DNA of 32,000 nucleotides from an uncultured Clostridia bacterium (GTDB lineage: Bacteria > Bacillota > Clostridia > Christensenellales > UBA1242), in the NCBI GenBank assembly GCA_946630785.1, contig CAMOZC010000003.1:78-32077 (forward strand), given 5' to 3'. The position numbers were made by a program, and so were the translations under genes. The notes under the pieces are model-generated. The model had not been told where the DNA came from, did no database searches, and saw only the letters and a list, made by a program, of their open reading frames with translations. The first letter of the stretch is position 1. Every line of letters begins with the position of its first letter. Of this stretch, positions 1-8,080 are shown piece after piece.

Positions 1-540
1 GAACAAGTTCCAGTTATGACCGTTGTAATTGGCGATACGTCAACTGATTTGGCGATTATTTTGGGTGAAAAAATTTTGTATAGTGGAATTCTTGATGTTG
101 GGGTTAATTCTTGCGTTGAAGCTATTATTGATTTAGTGGCACAAAAATTTCATGCTGAAATCAGTTATGAAACTGCGCAAGGCATTTTCCGTGATGTTGC
201 TTCGTTGTTGAAAAATGATACGCGCTACGTAAAATTTCCTGAGTTTATTTTAAAGGCTGAACAAGTCCGTGAAGTGATTTATCCACTCTATGCACAAATT
301 ATTGGTGCCATTAATCATTTGTTACCACAGGCCAGTGCAGACGTGATGCGTCAAATTCTCAGTACAGGTGTTTTATTTGGTGGTGCTGGCGCAAAGATTC
401 GCGGTTTGTCTGAAGCAGTTTATTGGAGTCTGCAATTACAAACAATGATTGCTAACGATGAAGAAAATGCCACGTTGCTTGGTGCTGGAGCGTTGCTGGA
501 AAATCCACAGTTGTTTCTAAACCTTACGCAAAACGCATAG
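1..540 (+). CDS. MreB/actin-like ATPase family protein, C-terminal part (5' end outside window)
   Basis: The frame is open to the window edge (EQVPVMTVVIGDTSTDLAII...); C-terminal GVLFGGAGAKIRGLSEAVYWSLQLQTMIANDEENATLLGAGALLEN resembles the MreB C-terminal TGGGA-LRGL-....-ALGTG-ALEN block. Next to a SpoIVFB-like protease gene. Confidence 0.65.
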   Translation, partial: EQVPVMTVVIGDTSTDLAIILGEKILYSGILDVGVNSCVEAIIDLVAQKFHAEISYETAQGIFRDVASLLKNDTRYVKFPEFILKAEQVREVIYPLYAQIIGAINHLLPQASADVMRQILSTGVLFGGAGAKIRGLSEAVYWSLQLQTMIANDEENATLLGAGALLENPQLFLNLTQNA

Positions 541-548
541 ATTTAGTT

Positions 549-1325
549 GTGCGTGTAATAATTCATCCGCTGTTTGTTTTGACAGCCGTGGTGGCGATTG
601 TATTCGCTACTACGGATTTTTTTATTGCTTTAACGGTTGCTGTCATTCTGCACGAATTTGCGCACGCTTTGGTCGCTAAGAGTCTTGGCGCTATCGCTAA
701 GCGAATTACGTTAACCCCGTTCGGTGGGGCGCTTAATTTGCAAACTAAGATTTTAACCGCACAACAAAAATGTTGGATTTATTTAGCAGGTCCAATCGCA
801 AGTCTATTGTTTAGTTTATTGTTTGGCGTCATGGTTTGGCTTTTCCCAGTTGTTTTTGTCTATCTTGAATATTTGGTGGTAGCCAATTTTCTTGTTGGTG
901 TGATTAATTTATTGCCGGTATATCCCTTGGACGGTGGCAAGGTTTTGGCGCAGTTGATTCCAGTGAAAATAATTTATCGGGCTTCTAATTTATGTTTTGT
1001 TGCAATGTTAGTTTTATCTTTGATTTGGTTTAATTGGTGGTGGATTTTCTTTTCGATTGTGATGTTGATGCAAATCAATTGGGATTTCAAACAATCAACC
1101 TATGCCGACAAGTTCTGTTATTGCGGTAAACAAAAGACTGGAAAATTCGTACGTTGCGCAGTCCTATCGACTTCTTCATTGTTGAGCATTTATAAAATGA
1201 TTGATAAGAAGCATCCCACCGAATTTGTGATAACAGATAAAAATAATCGCTTGTTTTATGAAAGTGATTTAGAAAAATGGTTGTTAAAATATTCAACAAC
1301 CACACAACTTATAGAATGTTTTTAA
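549..1325 (+). CDS. M50 family site-2 metalloprotease, SpoIVFB-like
   Basis: HEFAHALVAKSLGA (HExxH) and NLLPVYPLDGGK (LDG) motifs with multiple TM segments; GTG start. Confidence 0.85.
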   Translation: MRVIIHPLFVLTAVVAIVFATTDFFIALTVAVILHEFAHALVAKSLGAIAKRITLTPFGGALNLQTKILTAQQKCWIYLAGPIASLLFSLLFGVMVWLFPVVFVYLEYLVVANFLVGVINLLPVYPLDGGKVLAQLIPVKIIYRASNLCFVAMLVLSLIWFNWWWIFFSIVMLMQINWDFKQSTYADKFCYCGKQKTGKFVRCAVLSTSSLLSIYKMIDKKHPTEFVITDKNNRLFYESDLEKWLLKYSTTTQLIECF

Positions 1326-1331
1326 ATCAAT

Positions 1332-1407
1332 TGGTGGCGATGGCTGGAATCGAACCAGCGATACCCGGGGTATGAACTCGGTGCATTAGCCGCTGTGCTA
1401 CATCGCC
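1332..1407 (-). tRNA. tRNA with anticodon CAU (elongator Met or Ile2-type)
   Basis: Reverse complement GGCGATG...CATCGCCACCA acceptor with encoded CCA; T arm GCTGG-TTCGATT-CCAGC; anticodon loop TTCATAC. A30-C40 and C13-A22 mismatches noted. Confidence 0.85.
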
Positions 1408-1415
1408 GTATAGAT

Positions 1416-1444
1416 ACTATAACAAACTTCTGAGAATAACGCAA
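1416..1444 (-). promoter_or_regulatory. SigmaA-type promoter for tRNA(CAU)
   Basis: On the minus strand TTGCGT (1444-1439), 17 nt, TATAGT (1421-1416), 8 nt before tRNA base 1. Confidence 0.6.
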
Positions 1445-1455
1445 GATATTTATGG

Positions 1456-1484
1456 TTGCTTTTTTTGCATGGATGTTGTATGCT
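1456..1484 (+). promoter_or_regulatory. Promoter of rpsF-ssb-rpsR operon
   Basis: TTGCTT (1456-1461), 17 nt, TATGCT (1479-1484), ~60 nt leader, then SD AGGAGG. Confidence 0.55.
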
Positions 1485-1500
1485 TGCAATGTATCTTTTT

Positions 1501-1523
1501 CCTGCAGTCATAAATGCTGCAGG
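1501..1523 (+). promoter_or_regulatory. rpsF leader hairpin, candidate S6/S18 autoregulatory element
   Basis: CCTGCAG (1501-1507), 9-nt loop, CTGCAGG (1517-1523), in the 5' UTR of rpsF. Confidence 0.4.
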
Positions 1524-1550
1524 CGTTAGACCATAAAAGGAGGTAAAAAC

Positions 1551-1928
1551 ATGGAAAACAAGAAATCGTACGAATGTATGATTGTTGTGGACGCTAAATT
1601 AACCGAAGCAAAACGCGAAGAGTTAATTGCTAAGTTTAAAAAAATGGCAGGTGAACAAACAACCGTAGAAAAGTTAGGCCAAAAGAAATATGGTTTTTAT
1701 TACTTGTTGAATTTCAGCGCTACTCCAGATGTTCCAGCTAAAATGACCGCTTTGATGAACATTACCGAAGGTATTGATCGTCATTTGTTCATTGCTAAGA
1801 CAGATGTTATGTTGGCGCAAGATGTGATCCGCAAACAAAATCGTGCTAAAGCACGCGAAGAATACTTGGCTAAGAAAGAAAAAGAAATGCGTGAAAAAGA
1901 ATCCAAAGAAGTAAAAGAAGGAGAATAA
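1551..1928 (+). CDS. rpsF: 30S ribosomal protein S6
   Basis: YECMIVVDAKLTEAKREELIAKFKK... typical S6; synteny with ssb and rpsR; SD AGGAGG. Confidence 0.95.
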   Translation: MENKKSYECMIVVDAKLTEAKREELIAKFKKMAGEQTTVEKLGQKKYGFYYLLNFSATPDVPAKMTALMNITEGIDRHLFIAKTDVMLAQDVIRKQNRAKAREEYLAKKEKEMREKESKEVKEGE

Positions 1929-1934
1929 TTTACT

Positions 1935-2327
1935 ATGAATAAAGTATTTTTAGTAGGAAATTTAACTCGTGATCCAGAATTATCAACTGTTGGTGCGAAC
2001 AGTACCAGCGTATGTCGTTTCGGAATTGCTGTTAACCGTCGTATGAGTGGTGGAAATCAAGAAACTGATTTTTACAACATTTCAGTATGGCGTGCTTTGG
2101 GTGAAAATTGTGCCAAGTTCATTAAGAAAGGTAGCAAGGTCGCAATTTGTGGTGATATCCAAATCCGTAATTACGAAGACAAAGAAGGTAACAAACGTAC
2201 TTCAGTTGAAGTTACTGCTACTGACGTTGAATTCTTAGACCGTAAGGGTGATAACCCAAGTAGTTCATACGATCAAACTAATAACGTTGAAGTTAAACCT
2301 GTTAGTGATGATTCGTTGCCATTTTAA
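1935..2327 (+). CDS. ssb: Single-stranded DNA-binding protein
   Basis: [17 protein letters not shown]-terminus, OB-fold pattern, acidic DDSLPF tail. Confidence 0.96.
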   Translation: MNKVFLVGNLTRDPELSTVGANSTSVCRFGIAVNRRMSGGNQETDFYNISVWRALGENCAKFIKKGSKVAICGDIQIRNYEDKEGNKRTSVEVTATDVEFLDRKGDNPSSSYDQTNNVEVKPVSDDSLPF

Positions 2328-2341
2328 TTAAAGGAGGAAAT

Positions 2342-2662
2342 ATGGGAGAAAATTTATCGACACGTGAAGTTATTGAAGAATTAAGTCGTCAAGAAAATAA
2401 AGCTAAGAGAAATGCAGCTGAAAATTCTGAAGACCGTAAAGAAAAACGTGCACCACGTCAAAGACGTCGTGTTTGCCCATTCTGTATGGAAAAAGACGAA
2501 GCAAAACGTCCGTTGTATATTGATTACAAGGATCCACGCTTGAAGAAATATGTTTCTGAAGGCGGAAAGATTTTCCCACGCCGCCAAACTGGTTTGTGTG
2601 CCGCTCATCAACGTGAATTGGCACGTGCCGTTAAGGTTGCGAAAAGCATGGGCTTGTTGTAA
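2342..2662 (+). CDS. rpsR: 30S ribosomal protein S18, zinc-ribbon form with N-terminal extension
   Basis: RRRVCPFC...[31 protein letters not shown]; SD AAGGAGG. Confidence 0.95.
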   Translation: MGENLSTREVIEELSRQENKAKRNAAENSEDRKEKRAPRQRRRVCPFCMEKDEAKRPLYIDYKDPRLKKYVSEGGKIFPRRQTGLCAAHQRELARAVKVAKSMGLL

Positions 2663-2689
2663 TTAACTTTACAATTAAATAACAGTCTT

Positions 2690-2727
2690 AAAAAATAACG
2701 CATATATAAATTCGTGCGTTATTTTTT
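2690..2727 (+). terminator. Terminator-like hairpin with T-run overlapping the murC start
   Basis: AAAAAATAACGCA (2690-2702), 12-nt loop, TGCGTTATTTTTT (2715-2727). Confidence 0.55.
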
Positions 2728-4051
2728 TGTTGGTATTGGCGGAGTTTCTATGTCGGCTTTAGCTAAATTGTTGTTGGCACAAGGCAAAGCTGTGGCTGGT
2801 AGTGACATCGTTGAATCCGTGAATACGCAAGAATTATCTTCGCTTGGAGTTCCAGTATATATCGGACATTCGGCGGACAATCTGCAAAAACAACATGTTG
2901 ATTATTTGGTTATTAATGGTGCGATTGCGGATGATAATCCAGAACTTTTATCTGCAAAAAAACAGGGCATCAGAGTTATTTATCGTGAAACTTTGTTGGC
3001 GCAAATTACGTGTCGTTACCAGTCAGTGATTGCGGTTGCGGGATGTCACGGTAAAAGTTCAACCACGGCTATGATTGGTGCTATATTTAAACAGGGTAAA
3101 CGCCAACCAACTGTTCACGTTGGTGCACAAAATAATTTACAGATTGGTGGGCGAGAATGGTTTATTACCGAGGCATGTGAATTTAGAAAAAGTTTTTTAA
3201 AACTTAAACCGCACATTGCAGTGATTACCAATGTTGATGCTGATCATTTGGATTGTTATAAGAATCTAGACGAAATCAAACACTGCTTTGAAAAGTTTGC
3301 CAGTCAAAGTGAGATTGTAATTAAAAATGCCAGTGATGTAAATAGCACGACTTTGCGTGGTAGACAACGTACGGTAACGTTTGGGCTTGACTGTGGTGAT
3401 GTTCATGCAAAAAATTTACAGTCATTATGCAGTGGTGGTTATAGTTTTGAAATCGTAATTAATCCCAAGATTTTTGGTATTATTTATCAATTACCGCGTT
3501 TCTATCTTCATGTGCCAGGATTACATAACGTTGTAAACGCTTTGGCTGCCATTACATGCGCTTTAGTGTGTCAAATTGAGTTAGTTGCAACCGGAATAGC
3601 GCTTGCCCAGTATAACGGTATTGCACGCCGATTCCAGCGTTTTGCAACGATTGGTAACACACCTGTGATTTTGGATTATGCCCATCACCCACGTGAGATT
3701 TTGACAACGATTCAGACAGCTGAAAAAATGTATCGGAAGTACTTATTGATTTTTCAGCCACATACTTATACGCGGACAATGTCGCTGTGGAATGATTTTA
3801 TTAAAGTGCTTGCAACAGTACCACATTTGGTGATTTATAAAACGTTTGCTGCACGTGGTAAAACAATTATTGGTGGACGTGGATTGGATTTGAGTAAGCG
3901 ATTGAAGGTTAAATATCTAGCGACCGTTCAGTCTTTATCGCAATACCTAAAAGATAAGGCAGGACAGTATGATGCCATCGTCTTATGCGGAGCTGGTGAT
4001 GTAGTTAGTGGCGAATTTTTGCGAAGAAGTACTTTTGCGACAATTGATTGA
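2714..4051 (+). CDS. murC: UDP-N-acetylmuramate--L-alanine ligase
   Basis: [24 protein letters not shown] (P-loop), [24 protein letters not shown]; GTG start. Confidence 0.9.
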   Translation: MRYFFVGIGGVSMSALAKLLLAQGKAVAGSDIVESVNTQELSSLGVPVYIGHSADNLQKQHVDYLVINGAIADDNPELLSAKKQGIRVIYRETLLAQITCRYQSVIAVAGCHGKSSTTAMIGAIFKQGKRQPTVHVGAQNNLQIGGREWFITEACEFRKSFLKLKPHIAVITNVDADHLDCYKNLDEIKHCFEKFASQSEIVIKNASDVNSTTLRGRQRTVTFGLDCGDVHAKNLQSLCSGGYSFEIVINPKIFGIIYQLPRFYLHVPGLHNVVNALAAITCALVCQIELVATGIALAQYNGIARRFQRFATIGNTPVILDYAHHPREILTTIQTAEKMYRKYLLIFQPHTYTRTMSLWNDFIKVLATVPHLVIYKTFAARGKTIIGGRGLDLSKRLKVKYLATVQSLSQYLKDKAGQYDAIVLCGAGDVVSGEFLRRSTFATID

Positions 4052-4076
4052 CAAGTTTTATTAGTCATGATATTAT
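4048..4076 (+). promoter_or_regulatory. Near-consensus promoter of rpmE, predicted leaderless
   Basis: TTGACA (4048-4053), 17 nt, TATTAT (4071-4076), 7 nt, ATG at 4084. Confidence 0.7.
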
Positions 4077-4083
4077 AAACGTT

Positions 4084-4293
4084 ATGAAAGAAAATATCCA
4101 TCCAAATTATCATGAAGCAGAATTCGAATGTGCTTGCGGTAACAAATTTACTTGCGGTACTACTAAAGAAGGTGACGTTGTAAAAATTGATATTTGTTCA
4201 AAATGTCACCCATTTTATACTGGTAAACAAAAGATTGTTGATACCGCTGGTCGTGTCGATAAATTTAATAAACGTTACGCTAAAACAAAATGA
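4084..4293 (+). CDS. rpmE: 50S ribosomal protein L31
   Basis: [22 protein letters not shown]...[28 protein letters not shown]; start moved inside the longer tracked ORF. Confidence 0.95.
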   Translation: MKENIHPNYHEAEFECACGNKFTCGTTKEGDVVKIDICSKCHPFYTGKQKIVDTAGRVDKFNKRYAKTK

Positions 4294-5132
4294 AATTAGC
4301 AGAATTAATTGCGCAAACTGGAGAGCATGAAGCAGTCATCCAGGTTTTGTGTCATCTGTTAGAAGCTGAACGGACTAATGTTTTTTTAGTAAAAGATTTT
4401 AGCGATTCTGTTGTTAAGAAAACGATTGAAATTATTAATGAATATAAAAAAGGTATTCCTTTAGCGTATTTGCTGGGGAATACTTATTTTTATAATCGCA
4501 AGTTTATTGTTACACCAGATGTGTTGGTACCACGTCATGATACAGAAGTTCTGGTTGAATTAGCCGAAAAAAAAATTATTGCTGATTCATTAATAGGTAA
4601 TGAAAATTCACCATATCGCATTTTAGATTTGTGTTGCGGTTCTGGCGTTATTGGGATTTCTTTAACTTATTTATGTAACTGGTTACATGAACGTCACCAT
4701 GATTTAACTTATGAAGTGGTTAGTGCTGATTGTAGTGCAGCAGCTTTGGAAGTGGCAACGAAAAATGCTGCGTTGCATAATGCTGATATTACTTTTGTTT
4801 TAAGCAATTTATTTGAAGATGTTCATGGTAAGTTTGATTTGATTGTTTGTAATCCGCCATATGTTCGTACGGAAGATATTGGCGTAGAGGATAAATGGGT
4901 TTTAAAAGAACCGCGCATTGCCTTAGATGGGGGTATTGATGGTTTGTATTTTTACCGGCGCATTTTAGCAACAGCCAAAGAGCATTTGCGTACTAATGGT
5001 ATGATTATTTTTGAAATTGGTTATGACCAGGCAAGTGCACTGGAACAAATTGCACAGAAAAATGGTTACCATGGTGTTAGGGTTTATAAAGATTTGGCAA
5101 ATCGCGACAGAGTCGTTACAATAAGGGTATAA
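4290..5132 (+). CDS. prmC: Peptide chain release factor N5-glutamine methyltransferase
   Basis: SAM-binding [14 protein letters not shown] and NPPY motif; overlaps rpmE and prfA ends. Confidence 0.93.
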   Translation: MKLAELIAQTGEHEAVIQVLCHLLEAERTNVFLVKDFSDSVVKKTIEIINEYKKGIPLAYLLGNTYFYNRKFIVTPDVLVPRHDTEVLVELAEKKIIADSLIGNENSPYRILDLCCGSGVIGISLTYLCNWLHERHHDLTYEVVSADCSAAALEVATKNAALHNADITFVLSNLFEDVHGKFDLIVCNPPYVRTEDIGVEDKWVLKEPRIALDGGIDGLYFYRRILATAKEHLRTNGMIIFEIGYDQASALEQIAQKNGYHGVRVYKDLANRDRVVTIRV

Positions 5133-6175
5133 TGTTTGAAGAAGTAAGTAGTTTGGAAAATAAATATGTGCAACTGTTAGAGCAATTAACTTTACCAGAA
5201 GTCTTTAATGACTTTGCGCGTTATTCACAAATTTCCAAAGAAGCCGCTAAGTTAGCTCCTACTGTGGAAGCTTATCGTAAATACCAAAAATTAGTGAATG
5301 ATATTGCTTTAGCGCAAGAAATTACCGACCCTGAATTAGCGGAACTAGCAAAAGCAGAAATTGCTGAGAATCAGGTTTTATTGGAACAAACTGAACAGGA
5401 ATTAAGAGTTTTGTTGACACCGAAGGATGAGCGTGATGACGCCAACGTTATTATTGAAATTCGTCCTGCAGCTGGCGGTGATGAGGCTTGCTTGTTTGCA
5501 GCGGTATTATTGCGGATGTACACGCTTTATGCGACTGCTAATAACTTTGCTGTAGAAATCACTGATATTGAAGAGAATGGAATTGGTGGCGTTAAAAACG
5601 TAACCTTTATGGTTAAAGGTGAAGGTGCTTATTCAAAGTTTAAATATGAAAGTGGTGTGCATCGTGTACAACGTGTACCAGAAACTGAATCTCAAGGGCG
5701 CATTCATACGTCTACCGCAACAGTAGCAGTTTTGCCTGAAGCCACAACCGTTGATTTTCAAATTGATGAAAAAGATTTACGTATTGATGTGTACCGTGCT
5801 TCTGGTGCTGGTGGACAACATATTAACAAAACTGAAAGTGCGATTCGGATTACACACTTGCCGACCAATATGGTGGTAACTTGTCAAGATGGTCGCAGTC
5901 AACTTGCAAATCGCGAAAAGGCTATGACGGTTTTGGTGTCTAAATTGGCGCATTATTATCAAAGTTTGGAAGATGAGAAATATGCTTCAACGCGTCATGC
6001 TCAAGTTGGTACAGGTGACCGTAGTGAACGCATCCGTACTTATAACTATCCACAGGGTCGTGTTACCGACCATCGTATTAATCGCACAGAATATAATCTC
6101 ACCAAGTTTGTTGATGGTGAGATTACAGATATGGTTGATGCTTTACGCATGGCGGAATTAAAACAACAGAGTTAA
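5132..6175 (+). CDS. prfA: Peptide chain release factor 1
   Basis: RASGAGGQHINKTESAIRITHLPT (GGQ motif). Confidence 0.93.
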   Translation: MFEEVSSLENKYVQLLEQLTLPEVFNDFARYSQISKEAAKLAPTVEAYRKYQKLVNDIALAQEITDPELAELAKAEIAENQVLLEQTEQELRVLLTPKDERDDANVIIEIRPAAGGDEACLFAAVLLRMYTLYATANNFAVEITDIEENGIGGVKNVTFMVKGEGAYSKFKYESGVHRVQRVPETESQGRIHTSTATVAVLPEATTVDFQIDEKDLRIDVYRASGAGGQHINKTESAIRITHLPTNMVVTCQDGRSQLANREKAMTVLVSKLAHYYQSLEDEKYASTRHAQVGTGDRSERIRTYNYPQGRVTDHRINRTEYNLTKFVDGEITDMVDALRMAELKQQS

Positions 6176-6648
6176 ATTTTCTTGGCAATTTCTTCTTCAA
6201 AGTTTTTGATAAAGTCAACAAAGGTTGAAACATCTTTAAATTGACGATAAACAGCAGCAAAGCGGATGTAGGCAACTTCGTCAATCTTTTTTAATTCTTC
6301 CATGACCATGTCACCGATGACGCTGCTGGCAATTTCTTGTTGGTCACCAATAACAGCATTAGCAATTTGCATTTCAATACTTTCGACAATGTTATCAATT
6401 TGCTTCATTGAAACCGGACGTTTGCCAGTAGCAGCAATAATACTGTTTTTGATTTTTTGTGAATCAAATGATTGACGGCTGCCGTCGCGTTTAATGACTA
6501 ACAGTGAAACACGTTCAATGGTTTCGTAACTGGTAAAACGTTTACCACATTTTAAACATTCGCGACGACGGCGAATTGAATTTGAATTATCATTGGTACG
6601 GCTGTCGACAACCTTATTATCGTGTGAACCGCAATTTGGACATCTCAT
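6172..6648 (-). CDS. nrdR: Transcriptional repressor NrdR
   Basis: MRCPNCGSHDNKVVDSR...RRRRECLKCGKRFTSYETIE zinc ribbon plus ATP-cone region. Confidence 0.95.
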   Translation of the reverse strand: MRCPNCGSHDNKVVDSRTNDNSNSIRRRRECLKCGKRFTSYETIERVSLLVIKRDGSRQSFDSQKIKNSIIAATGKRPVSMKQIDNIVESIEMQIANAVIGDQQEIASSVIGDMVMEELKKIDEVAYIRFAAVYRQFKDVSTFVDFIKNFEEEIAKKI

Positions 6649-6689
6649 GATTTTATGCTCCTTTGTTCTTTAAGATTTCTAATTATAGT

Positions 6690-7319
6690 TTAACATTTAC
6701 TGTCTTCATATGACAAGCAACATTTTAAACGTCCACAAATACCGTTAATTTTTTCCGGTGTTAGCGATAAGTTTTGTTGTTTTGCCATTTTGATGGAAAC
6801 ATCAGGGTAGTTATGACAAAATCTTTTGCAACAGCATTCTTGTCCACAAGGTCCCAATGCACCAATGGCCTTAACTTCGTCACGGGCACCAATTTGGTGT
6901 AATTCAATGCGTGTGTGCAGGGCACTGGCTAAATTACGAACTAACTCGCGGAAATCAACGCGTTGTTCAGCAGAGAAGTCAATAACGACTTTGCTGGCAT
7001 CAAAAGTGTAGTGTGCTGACATAACGTGCATATCTAGTTTTAATTGTTCGGCCATCGTGGTGGCTTTTTCTTTGGCAAATTCAGCTGACTTTAATAGCAG
7101 GTTAATTTGGCTTTGGTCTTTTGGTGTCGCACGACGGAAAATTTGTGCGTGATTGGGTTCATGCTTTTTCTTGTCCACACCCTCATCCGCGACCACGCCC
7201 CATTCAGAGCCGGTAGCTGTTTCCACAATGACATATTCATTCGGTTTTAAATCCGTAATGTCACTATCAAATTTAGTAGTTTGCGTTTCGTTAAAAACTC
7301 GGACATGATATGTTTTCAT
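6690..7319 (-). CDS. ricT: PSP1-domain protein (RicT/YaaT family)
   Basis: KVVIDFSAEQRVDFRELVRNLA...GALGPCGQECCCKRF...GICGRLKCCLSYE cysteine-rich signature. Confidence 0.88.
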   Translation of the reverse strand: MKTYHVRVFNETQTTKFDSDITDLKPNEYVIVETATGSEWGVVADEGVDKKKHEPNHAQIFRRATPKDQSQINLLLKSAEFAKEKATTMAEQLKLDMHVMSAHYTFDASKVVIDFSAEQRVDFRELVRNLASALHTRIELHQIGARDEVKAIGALGPCGQECCCKRFCHNYPDVSIKMAKQQNLSLTPEKINGICGRLKCCLSYEDSKC

Positions 7320-7327
7320 ATAAATAA

Positions 7328-7356
7328 ATTATAACACTGCGTTGTATTCTATGCAA
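7328..7356 (-). promoter_or_regulatory. Promoter of ricT, predicted leaderless, overlapping end of the upstream gene
   Basis: Minus strand TTGCAT (7356-7351), 17 nt, TATAAT (7333-7328), 8 nt, ATG at 7319. Confidence 0.6.
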
Positions 7357-8000
7357 ATGCAGTTTGGAAAAAAAATTTCAATCTGTTCAATAATGTCATG
7401 AGATAAATTGGTATCGGCATGTATAAAAATTTGTTTAGGTGCCACATCGATTAAGGCGTTGATAATATTGTCTTCGCATTGTTTTAGCGGTTGTAATTTT
7501 TGGTCACAAATTGTTGTATGATTATTGATATTCATTACATGAACTTCAGCAATGCGATAGTCCATGTTTAAGATTAAAAAACGTAATAATTCGTTAAATA
7601 AAACTTTTTGGGTTAGTTGTAGGTGATTTTCATTAACTAACTGAATCACTTCATCCCAACGGCATTTTAAGCGATATAGTGCGAAATCATATAAAGAATC
7701 CAATAGAATTCGTGGCGTTAATTGAAATATTGAATTGGCAATAACCGTATCAGATTTCTTGTCATAATTCACTAAAACTTTAATGAGAGTGTCGTTTTTG
7801 ATATAGAGCCTGTCCCATAAATATTTTGCTTTCATCACTGTTACAATTTGATTGGTGATGCAATCCAATAATTGGTATTGGTTAATGTTCTGTTTTAAGT
7901 TTAAAACGTAACGGTGATGGTTACATTTAATTTGTCCGTTGAATTTTTGTGCTAGATGTTTAAGACTAGAGATAAAGCGTTCATCAGTAGAAATTTCCAT
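7329..8000 (-). CDS. Putative sporulation protein, YtxC-like
   Basis: C-terminal EDNIINALIDVAPKQIFIHADTN...IIEQIEIFFPNCICIE resembles YtxC C-termini; adjacent to thrS as in other Bacillota. Similarity judged from memory. Confidence 0.5.
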   Translation of the reverse strand: MEISTDERFISSLKHLAQKFNGQIKCNHHRYVLNLKQNINQYQLLDCITNQIVTVMKAKYLWDRLYIKNDTLIKVLVNYDKKSDTVIANSIFQLTPRILLDSLYDFALYRLKCRWDEVIQLVNENHLQLTQKVLFNELLRFLILNMDYRIAEVHVMNINNHTTICDQKLQPLKQCEDNIINALIDVAPKQIFIHADTNLSHDIIEQIEIFFPNCICIEYNAVL

Positions 8001-8045
8001 ATTTTTAGTTTATGTCATTGGTGCAAATTTAATTATTTTTGCTAT

Positions 8046-8073
8046 TTGATTTATTTTGAAAGCGTGATATAAT
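8046..8073 (+). promoter_or_regulatory. Promoter of thrS, predicted leaderless
   Basis: TTGATT (8046-8051), 16 nt, TATAAT (8068-8073), 7 nt, ATG at 8081; the tracked start at 8072 lies inside the -10 box. Confidence 0.65.
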
Positions 8074-8080
8074 GAAAGTT

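Noticed and set aside
1300-1450. tRNA-linked integration site or mobile element
   Set aside because: No integrase, duplicated tRNA end or atypical genes around either tRNA.
8072-8080. Tracked thrS start ATG at 8072
   Set aside because: This ATG overlaps the TATAAT box; the ATG at 8081 matches the expected TSS and the homology start.
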